Positions 1-6,701 of a stretch of 24,000 nucleotides of DNA are shown piece after piece. Each line of letters begins with the position of its first letter. The stretch's first letter is position 1. Made by a program: the position numbers and the translations under genes. The notes under the pieces were generated by a model. That model was not told the origin of the DNA. It ran no database searches and worked only from the letters and a program-made list of their open reading frames with translations. Origin of the DNA: Allomuricauda sp. d1 (GTDB lineage: Bacteria; Bacteroidota; Bacteroidia; Flavobacteriales; Flavobacteriaceae); NCBI RefSeq assembly GCF_039592695.1, contig NZ_JBBUTK010000003.1, forward strand, positions 564,244-588,243, written 5' to 3'.

Positions 1-435
1 GAAGGAAATGTGTACACTGTTACCGCCATTCAAGAAACGTTGGACAAAAGCAATCTGGGAAATCTTGAAGTGGGCGACATCGTCAATTTGGAGCGTGCCA
101 TGGTCTTGGGCTCACGATTGGATGGGCATCTTGTTCAAGGCCATGTGGACCAAACCGCAATTTGTAACAATATTGAAGAGAAAGACGGTAGCTGGGTTTT
201 TACCTTCGGATATGACACTTCAAAAAAAAATGTTACCATTGAAAAAGGTTCCATCACTGTTGATGGTGTCAGCCTAACGGTTATTGATTCAAAAAAAGGT
301 TCGTTCTCAGTGGCCATCATTCCGTATACTTACGAAAATACACGGTTCAGCACCTATAAAGTAGGAAGCGTGATCAATCTAGAGTTTGATGTGATTGGCA
401 AGTATGTCGCACGGTTGTTGCAACTTAACGATTGA
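1..435 (+). CDS. ribE: riboflavin synthase (alpha chain), 3' portion; the start lies upstream of the window
   Basis: Frame 1 is open from base 1. The translation EGNVYTVTAIQETLDKSNLGNLEVGDIVNLERA...GHLVQGHVD...GSITVDGVSLTV...IPYTYENT matches the duplicated lumazine-binding repeats of riboflavin synthase (recalled E. coli RibC: ETLRITNLGDLKVGDWVNVERA, GHLMSGH, IDGISLTV, IPETLERT). Confidence 0.85.
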   Translation, partial: EGNVYTVTAIQETLDKSNLGNLEVGDIVNLERAMVLGSRLDGHLVQGHVDQTAICNNIEEKDGSWVFTFGYDTSKKNVTIEKGSITVDGVSLTVIDSKKGSFSVAIIPYTYENTRFSTYKVGSVINLEFDVIGKYVARLLQLND

Positions 436-441
436 AAGCGT

Positions 442-2244
442 TCAGAAAACGTCTTTCATCTTGGCCCATACTCGGCGCAGTGTAACAGCAGAAATCACAA
501 CTATTATGGTCAATATTACCGCCAATGTATAATTGCCATAAATCCAGTTGCCGGTAGCAAAAAGGCAACTGTAGACCAGTACGCAACCTACGAGCATGGC
601 AATGATTCCCGAAGGAACAGTCCACCTTTGTGTGCCGTCAACTATAGATTTGTCTTCAGCTTGGGCAGCTTTCCGAATTTTTTCCCATCCAGGGCCACCG
701 GGCTGTGTTTTTTTGTAAAAAGCGTACAAGGTTTCTTTAGATTCAGGTTTTGTCAAATAGGTGACCGCCAACCAAACAATGGTGGTCAGCAACACCACTA
801 ATACAAATTTGCTCCATGCAGGAAATGGTGCGCCATCCGACAGAAACAATTCGTCTTCAAATTGCCAAAACAAAATGGAGACAAAACCAGAAAAGAACAT
901 AGCAACGATTTCGCTCCATGCATTGATGCGCCACCAAAACCATCGGAGTATAAAAATAAGCCCCGTGCCCGCACCGAACATGATGATGATGTCAAACAAT
1001 TGCACAGCGTTCTGCAAGGCCAAGGCGAACAGTGCACTGAGCACCATAAGCACAATTGTGGTGATACGCCCCACCCTGACCAATTCTTTTTCAGAGGCGT
1101 TTTTGTTGATTTGCTGCTTGTAAAAATCATTGACCACGTACGATGAGCCCCAGTTCAGGTGGGTTGAAATTGTTGACATATAGGCAGCACCCAACGAAGC
1201 CAGCACAATGCCCAACAATCCCGAGGGCAATTTGGTCAACATGGCCGAGTAGGCCAAATCATGGCCCAATTTGCTTTCTTCAATATTGGGAAATGCCTGT
1301 CGAATACTCTCCAAGTCTGGAAAAACCACCAATGATGCCAACGCGACCAGAATCCATGGCCATGGACGCAGGGCATAGTGAAGAATATTGAAGAAGAACG
1401 TGGCCCCAACGGCGTGGTTTTCATTTTTGGCCGCGAGCATACGCTGCGCGATATAGCCACCGCCACCCGGTTCGCCACCTGGATACCATGCACTCCACCA
1501 CTGGACGGCCAGGGGCACTATCAACACGGTAATCAACGCTTCGGTATTCGAAAAATCGGGCAGAATGGACATTTTGCTCTTGACCAAATCGTTCTCCAAT
1601 ATGCTTGAGAGCCCACCGACTTCTGGCATGTTCACCAAATAGATGGCCGCGCCAATAGCGCCAACGATTGCCAAAAAGAAGAGCACAAAATCGGTATAGA
1701 CGACGCCTCGAAAGCCGCCAATGGCACTGAAAATCATGGTGATGCTTCCGGCAATCAGCACCGTTTGAATGGGGCTAAGCCCCAACATGACCTGCCCAAT
1801 TTTTATGGCCGCCAAGGTTACCGCAGACATGGCCATGACATTGAAGATAATACCGAGATAAATTGAGCGGAATCCCCTTAAAAAAGCGGCTGGTTTACCA
1901 CCATAGCGAAGTTCGTAGAATTCCATATCAGTCTTGACATCAGATTTTCGCCAAAGTTTGGCGTAGACAAAAACGGTCAATAACCCTGTCAGCAAAAAGA
2001 CCCACCAGCCCCAATTGCCCGAAACCCCATCGGTACGTACAAAATCAGTGACCAGATTAGGGGTGTCAGTTGAAAAGGTGGTGGCTACCATTGAAAAGCC
2101 CAATAGCCACCAAGGCATGTTTCGGCCCGACAAAAAATACTCTGTGGTGTTTTTTCCCGATTGTTTTGAAACGTAGACGCCAATGAAGAGCACAAGGGCA
2201 AAAAAGCCAAAAATAATGGCGTAATCGAGGGTTTGAATATCCAT
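442..2244 (-). CDS. sodium:solute symporter family (SSF) transporter
   Basis: 600-aa ORF that is hydrophobic throughout (about 13-14 predicted TM stretches). It has SSF-like N-terminal motifs (EYFLSGRNMPWW, FSTDTPNLVT) and GGxxGVVYTD. Substrate cannot be assigned. Confidence 0.8.
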   Translation of the reverse strand: MDIQTLDYAIIFGFFALVLFIGVYVSKQSGKNTTEYFLSGRNMPWWLLGFSMVATTFSTDTPNLVTDFVRTDGVSGNWGWWVFLLTGLLTVFVYAKLWRKSDVKTDMEFYELRYGGKPAAFLRGFRSIYLGIIFNVMAMSAVTLAAIKIGQVMLGLSPIQTVLIAGSITMIFSAIGGFRGVVYTDFVLFFLAIVGAIGAAIYLVNMPEVGGLSSILENDLVKSKMSILPDFSNTEALITVLIVPLAVQWWSAWYPGGEPGGGGYIAQRMLAAKNENHAVGATFFFNILHYALRPWPWILVALASLVVFPDLESIRQAFPNIEESKLGHDLAYSAMLTKLPSGLLGIVLASLGAAYMSTISTHLNWGSSYVVNDFYKQQINKNASEKELVRVGRITTIVLMVLSALFALALQNAVQLFDIIIMFGAGTGLIFILRWFWWRINAWSEIVAMFFSGFVSILFWQFEDELFLSDGAPFPAWSKFVLVVLLTTIVWLAVTYLTKPESKETLYAFYKKTQPGGPGWEKIRKAAQAEDKSIVDGTQRWTVPSGIIAMLVGCVLVYSCLFATGNWIYGNYTLAVILTIIVVISAVTLRRVWAKMKDVF

Positions 2245-2285
2245 AATTTGATGTTGGTCGAATGTTAAAGATAGTATTTTATCAA

Positions 2286-2293
2286 TATTTTTG
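2286..2293 (+). promoter_or_regulatory. candidate Bacteroidota sigma-A -7 box (TATTTTTG, fits TAnnTTTG) upstream of the TauE-like gene
   Basis: Exact match to the TAnnTTTG consensus, 16 nt upstream of the ATG at 2310, in the divergent intergenic region. Motif match only. Confidence 0.35.
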
Positions 2294-2309
2294 ACCTTCA
2301 GCCAGCACT

Positions 2310-3056
2310 ATGTCGACCATTGCTATTTCTACCGCCGCTTGGGCCATGGCCTATACCGCCATTTTTCTTTTGGGCATTTCAAAATCTGGTCTGAAAGGGC
2401 TCTCCATTTTTAATGTAACGCTATTGGCGCTTGCTTTCGGAGCACGGGAGTCTACAGGAATAATGATGCCGCTGCTTTTGGTGGGTGATGTATTTGCCGT
2501 GATTTATTACAACCGCCATACCCAATGGAAATATATCATACGCTTTATGCCATGGATGATTACCGGAATTCTGATCGGAGTATGGATTGGGAAAGAGCTG
2601 CCCGAAACCCAGTTCAAAATCGGAATGGTCATTGTCATTTTTATCAGCTTGGCCCTTTTGGTTTATTGGGATAGACGAAAATCAAAGTCTGTACCCACGC
2701 ACTGGAGCTTTGCGGGAAGCATCGGTGTTTTGGCCGGTATTTGCACCATGATCGGTAATTTGGCTGGGGCGTTTACCAACATTTTCTTTTTGGCCATGCG
2801 CCTGCCCAAAAATGAATTTGTGGGTACTGCGGCATGGCTGTTCTTGATTACCAATGCCTTTAAAATGCCCTTTCACATCTGGGTCTGGAAAACCATTTCT
2901 TGGGAAACCTTAATCATAGATCTAAAGTTGTTGCCCGCCATTTTTGCTGGTTTGGTCTTGGGTGTGTTCTTGGTAAAGATCATCAATGAAAAACAATACC
3001 GGCAGTTTGTCTTGGTGGTGACCGCGATTGGGGCTGTGGTGATATTGTTCAGGTAG
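2310..3056 (+). CDS. TauE/SafE-family (sulfite exporter-like) integral membrane protein
   Basis: 248-aa polytopic membrane ORF of the size and hydrophobicity pattern typical of the TauE/SafE family. The family call is from recalled resemblance, not a search. Confidence 0.6.
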   Translation: MSTIAISTAAWAMAYTAIFLLGISKSGLKGLSIFNVTLLALAFGARESTGIMMPLLLVGDVFAVIYYNRHTQWKYIIRFMPWMITGILIGVWIGKELPETQFKIGMVIVIFISLALLVYWDRRKSKSVPTHWSFAGSIGVLAGICTMIGNLAGAFTNIFFLAMRLPKNEFVGTAAWLFLITNAFKMPFHIWVWKTISWETLIIDLKLLPAIFAGLVLGVFLVKIINEKQYRQFVLVVTAIGAVVILFR

Positions 3057-3113
3057 TGCAAGCCTTTCTGTTTTGTTAAGTATTTGTTAATTCTAACTAT
3101 TTGAAATATCTTC

Positions 3114-3317
3114 ATGCCTGTGAATCAATCATTTATTCCGATGAAAGCCAAAGAAAATGTAACCGCTGCACGAATTCTTACCGCTGCCCTACTGTTCAGT
3201 ATTGCAGTTTTGGCCTATACAGTACATAGGGAGTATTCAGAGGAAATCTCAGATCACATTGAAAAAACTGTTGTTGAGCTTTTGCCTGATATGGAGAATA
3301 GTCTGGCAAAACTATAA
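3114..3317 (+). CDS. hypothetical small single-pass membrane protein
   Basis: 67-aa ORF with one hydrophobic helix (ARILTAALLFSIAVLAYTV). It sits in an otherwise empty gap, and no family is recognised. Confidence 0.35.
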   Translation: MPVNQSFIPMKAKENVTAARILTAALLFSIAVLAYTVHREYSEEISDHIEKTVVELLPDMENSLAKL

Positions 3318-3331
3318 TCTAAACAAAAATC

Positions 3332-3353
3332 AAGCCCCACTTTCGCAGGGCTT
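3332..3353. terminator. stem-loop between the small ORF and the convergent tRNA
   Basis: AAGCCC (3332-3337) pairs with GGGCTT (3348-3353) around a 10-nt loop. It lies between two convergent transcription units and has no strong U-tract. Confidence 0.3.
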
Positions 3354-3357
3354 ATAC

Positions 3358-3434
3358 TGGTGGTCCCACCTGGGCTCGAACCAGGGACCCCTTGATTATG
3401 AGTCAAGTGCTCTAACCAGCTGAGCTATAGGACC
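3358..3434 (-). tRNA. tRNA with CAT anticodon: elongator tRNA-Met or lysidine-modified tRNA-Ile2, not an initiator
   Basis: The reverse complement reads GGTCCTA-TA-GCTC-AGCTGGTTA-GAGC-A-CTTGA-CTCATAA-TCAAG-GGGTC-CCTGG-TTCGAGC-CCAGG-TGGGACC-A-CCA. This gives a full cloverleaf with a 7-bp acceptor stem (one G-U pair), a TPsiC loop TTCGAGC and an encoded CCA. Position 1-72 is paired and the anticodon stem has no GGG/CCC, which argues against an initiator. Confidence 0.9.
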
Positions 3435-3541
3435 CTGTCGCTTTAGCGACAAAACTCAAAATCCAAATCCCAAAATGAGAAATGTTTTTGAGGATGGCAA
3501 AATTAAGCTATTCTTCCGATATTTCTAATGGATTCCAATTT

Positions 3542-3970
3542 TTAAGCCCCCTCTCCTTTGGGGAGAGGGGCTTCTTGGCACAATTCCACCAACACCCCAT
3601 TTGTGGTTTTTGGATGCAAAAAAGCCACCAACTTATTGTCTGCTCCTTTTTTTGGGGTTTCGTTCAATATGGTGAACCCTTCCCCTTTTAATCTTTTGAT
3701 TTCACCCACAATATCATCCACAGCAAAGGCAACATGGTGTATGCCCTGCCCCTTTTTCTCCAAAAATTTTGCAATGGGGCTATCGGGGTTGGTCGCTTCC
3801 AGCAGTTCGATCTTATTGGGGCCATTTTTGAAAAAAGAGGTGCGTACCCCTTCGCTGGCCACTTCTTCTATTTTGTAATGGGGCCTGCCCAACAATTTTT
3901 CGAACAGATTGTTTGAGGCTTCCAAATCATTCACGGCAATACCGATGTGCTCTATTTTCTTCATTTGCAT
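3542..3970 (-). CDS. mce: methylmalonyl-CoA epimerase (VOC/glyoxalase-fold)
   Basis: MKKIEHIGIAVNDLEASNNLFEKLLG...GIHHVAFAVDDI...LHPKTTNGVLVELCQ is the typical epimerase sequence. The start is probably the third codon (ATG at 3964). The last 9 codons (APLPKGEGA) are encoded by a G/C hairpin. Confidence 0.8.
   Translation of the reverse strand: MQMKKIEHIGIAVNDLEASNNLFEKLLGRPHYKIEEVASEGVRTSFFKNGPNKIELLEATNPDSPIAKFLEKKGQGIHHVAFAVDDIVGEIKRLKGEGFTILNETPKKGADNKLVAFLHPKTTNGVLVELCQEAPLPKGEGA
3544..3573. repeat. G/C-rich palindromic hairpin (AAGCCCCCTCTCC-TTTGG-GGAGAGGGGCTT) overlapping the 3' end of mce
   Basis: CTCTCC (3551-3556) pairs with GGAGAG (3562-3567). The stem extends through CCC/GGG and AAG/CTT with one bulged C. 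It is probably a terminator or REP-like element. Confidence 0.6.
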
Positions 3971-4054
3971 GAAATTACTAAAGTTAGCCCCAATTTAACC
4001 ACTCCTAAATTATCAAATGATGAGTTTGGTCATTAATTGGCTTATTTTTGCAAG

Positions 4055-4447
4055 ATGGAAACGCAACGACAGAAAAAAATAGCGGGTATCTTACAGCAAG
4101 ACCTCGCCGAAATATTGCAACGGGCCGCCACAGATGGTGGTATGAAGGGCGTTCTTATCAGCGTTTCAAAGGTGAATGTGACCGCCGACCTTTCCATTGC
4201 AAAGGTGTACATCAGTATTTTTCCTTCGGATAAAGGGACAGAATTATTGGACGGCATCAAATCAAACGAACCCTTGATCAAACACCAGCTGGCCCAGCGC
4301 ACGCGCCATCAAATGCGCCGCGTACCAGAGCTGATATTTTATTTGGATGATTCTCTTGACTACATAGAAGACATCGAAAAATCATTGAAGGGCAATGAAA
4401 ATCCACTTGAAAATCGCGACCTTCTGGATAAGCGAAAGAAAAAATAG
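4055..4447 (+). CDS. rbfA: ribosome-binding factor A
   Basis: METQRQKKIAGILQQDLAEILQR...VSKVNVTADLSIAKVYISIF...RRVPELIFYLDDSL is classic RbfA. I prefer the ATG at 4055 over the upstream TTG at 4037 used by the ORF track. Confidence 0.85.
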   Translation: METQRQKKIAGILQQDLAEILQRAATDGGMKGVLISVSKVNVTADLSIAKVYISIFPSDKGTELLDGIKSNEPLIKHQLAQRTRHQMRRVPELIFYLDDSLDYIEDIEKSLKGNENPLENRDLLDKRKKK

Positions 4448-4449
4448 CT

Positions 4450-5658
4450 TTGAATTTTCCATTGTACATCGCCAAGCGGTATCTACGCTCTAAAAGCAGC
4501 CAAAATGCGGTGAACATTATCAATTTTATCACTTTTTTGGTGATTGTCATCGGGTCGGCAGCCTTGTTTATTGTTCTCTCTGCTTTTGCGGGATTGAAGA
4601 CTTTTAGTCTACAGTTTACCAACAGCTTTGACCCTGACCTAAAAGCGATGCCTGTGACCGGGAAGGTTTTTTCCCTTTCCCCACAAGAGGAAACCGAATT
4701 GGGCAACATTGGCGAGGTCACTCATTTTTCAAAAGAGCTGGAAGAGCGCGTATACCTCTCGTTTAAAGACAAGGGTGATATTGTTGATATCAAGGGGGTA
4801 GATGAGAATTATCGAAAGACCACAGGTATTGACAGTACGATATATTTTGGTAATTGGGGCGTGAATGGGCAGAGCGCGGTCATGGGTATCGGTATCAGTA
4901 ATTCACTGGGCATTCCTGTCGGCAACTATCAAAACCCCATGGTGGTCTTGGCCCCAAAACCGGGCAAAGGTTCTGTTTCATCGCAATCGCTCAATTCAAA
5001 GCCCTATACAGAACTGCCCCTCGTTTTGAGCGGTGTGTACGCCATTGAAGACAATCTCGACAAAAAGTATGTTTTTGTTTCCCTTCCTCTGGTTCAAAAT
5101 CTTCTGCAAAAAGACGATGGCGAGATTTCAGGCATTAATTTCAAACTGAACCCTAGTGTTGATTTAGAGGAAGTCCGCACAGCCATAAAAAACATCTTGG
5201 GCGAAAAAGTGGTTGTACTGAGTCGACGTGAGCTCAACGGGACACTATACCGTATGCTGAACACAGAAAATTTGGCCACCTACCTTATTTTTACATTGGT
5301 GCTCATTATCGCCCTGTTCAACGTGGTCGGGGCCATTATCATGATGATTTTGGACAAACAACAAAATTCAAAAACACTCTTCAGTCTGGGCACGACCATC
5401 AAAGAACTTCGAAGAATTTATTTTGTTCAGGGCGTTTTGGTGACCTCGTTGGGTGGGCTTATCGGTGTCATCATAGGTTCATTGCTGATTGTTTCACAAT
5501 TGGCTTTCGGCTGGCTTAAAATCACCCCTTCTCTGGCTTACCCAGTAGAATATGGTGTGATGAATGTTGTCATCGTTTTGGCAACGATTGTGGTGTTGGG
5601 GGTCATTTCTTCAAAGATTGCCAGTAGTCGGGTATCAAAAAAACTGGTGTCTTTCTAG
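4450..5658 (+). CDS. LolC/LolE-like FtsX-family ABC transporter permease
   Basis: 402 aa. The N-terminus FPLYIAKRYLRSKSSQNAVNIINFITFLVIVIG is typical of LolC/E-type permeases, followed by a large periplasmic loop and then 3 C-terminal TM helices (FtsX domain). The TTG start lies 3 nt after the rbfA stop. Confidence 0.75.
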   Translation: MNFPLYIAKRYLRSKSSQNAVNIINFITFLVIVIGSAALFIVLSAFAGLKTFSLQFTNSFDPDLKAMPVTGKVFSLSPQEETELGNIGEVTHFSKELEERVYLSFKDKGDIVDIKGVDENYRKTTGIDSTIYFGNWGVNGQSAVMGIGISNSLGIPVGNYQNPMVVLAPKPGKGSVSSQSLNSKPYTELPLVLSGVYAIEDNLDKKYVFVSLPLVQNLLQKDDGEISGINFKLNPSVDLEEVRTAIKNILGEKVVVLSRRELNGTLYRMLNTENLATYLIFTLVLIIALFNVVGAIIMMILDKQQNSKTLFSLGTTIKELRRIYFVQGVLVTSLGGLIGVIIGSLLIVSQLAFGWLKITPSLAYPVEYGVMNVVIVLATIVVLGVISSKIASSRVSKKLVSF

Positions 5659-6671
5659 GCGAATTGAAAATTTCCGAACTTTTCGAGAACCTCATCAAAA
5701 GCGGCGAACACATCAATTGCTTCGTCACTGGTCACCATTTTCATTCGGTATTCCTTAAAGTGTGGAATGCCCTTAAAATAGTTGGTATAATGCCTTCGGG
5801 TCTCGAACACGCCCAATTTTTCGCCCTTCCAATCGATGGCCATCTGCAAATGGCGACGGGCCGCCTCAACACGTTCTTCCATGGTTGGGGGGTCTAAGTG
5901 CCGGCCTGTTTCAAAATAATGTTTCACTTGGTTGAAGAACCAAGGGTTGCCAATACTTGCCCTGCCTATCATAGCACCATCAAGTCCGTAATCATCACGC
6001 ATTCTCATTGCAGCCTCAGGGGTATCCACATCGCCATTACCAAAAACGGGAATGTGCATTCTTTGATTGTTTTTGACCTCAGCAATAGGTTTCCAGTTAG
6101 CTTCACCTTTGTACATCTGAACCCTTGTTCTTCCATGAATGGAAATGGCCTGAATGCCCACATCTTGAAGGCGTTCGGCAACCTCAACTATTTTTATGGA
6201 ATTGTGGTCCCACCCCAAGCGGGTCTTTACGGTCACCGGAAGCTTGGTGCGCTTCACCATGGCCTCGGTCAATTTGACCATCAAGGGAATGTCGCGAAGA
6301 ATACCTGCCCCAGCATTTTTACAGACCACTTTTTTTACCGGGCAACCAAAATTGATGTCGATGATGTCTGGGTTGGATTTCTCAACGATATCAATGGCTT
6401 GCAACATCGAATCCATTTCGGCCCCAAAGATTTGGATGCCCACGGGGCGTTCTTTTTCGTAAATGTCCAATTTGATGACGCTTTTTGCGGCATCGCGAAT
6501 CAATCCTTCAGAAGAAATGAACTCGGTGTACACCACATCGGCCCCGTTCTCTTTGCAAAGCGCACGGAAGGGTGGGTCGCTGACATCTTCCATAGGGGCC
6601 AAAAGCAACGGAAAATCAGGCAGTTCTATGTTTCCTATTTTGGGCAAACCATTTTCTTTTTCGGACAGCAA
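5655..6671 (-). CDS. dusB: tRNA-dihydrouridine synthase B
   Basis: LLLAPMEDVSDPPFR...DINFGCPVKKV...VTVKTRLGW...ISIHGRTR...NGD are the Dus family catalytic motifs. Confidence 0.88.
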   Translation of the reverse strand: MLSEKENGLPKIGNIELPDFPLLLAPMEDVSDPPFRALCKENGADVVYTEFISSEGLIRDAAKSVIKLDIYEKERPVGIQIFGAEMDSMLQAIDIVEKSNPDIIDINFGCPVKKVVCKNAGAGILRDIPLMVKLTEAMVKRTKLPVTVKTRLGWDHNSIKIVEVAERLQDVGIQAISIHGRTRVQMYKGEANWKPIAEVKNNQRMHIPVFGNGDVDTPEAAMRMRDDYGLDGAMIGRASIGNPWFFNQVKHYFETGRHLDPPTMEERVEAARRHLQMAIDWKGEKLGVFETRRHYTNYFKGIPHFKEYRMKMVTSDEAIDVFAAFDEVLEKFGNFQFA

Positions 6672-6701
6672 AATTACAAAATTGCCAAAAAGAAGGGCAA
6701 A

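Noticed and set aside
222-230. A9 homopolymer (and A7 at 291-297) inside ribE as possible phase-variation tracts
   Set aside because: They encode in-frame Lys-Lys in a housekeeping gene of an AT-leaning genome. Nothing suggests slippage-based regulation.
761-1608. Several 76-120-codon ORFs on both strands inside the SSF transporter gene
   Set aside because: They are overlapping shadows of a continuous 600-aa membrane transporter ORF.
3358-3434. tRNA as the attachment site for the recombinase-bearing element
   Set aside because: The tRNA is ~16.6 kb from the recombinase and separated from it by conserved housekeeping genes. I saw no copy of its 3' end near 20-24 kb.
4037-4054. TTG start for rbfA used by the ORF track
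   Set aside because: The ATG at 4055 gives the canonical RbfA N-terminus (METQRQKKIAG). The extra MAYFCK has no support.
4278-4721. 147-codon minus-strand ORF spanning the rbfA / permease junction
   Set aside because: It is antisense to two well-supported genes and crosses their boundary. There are no recognisable features.
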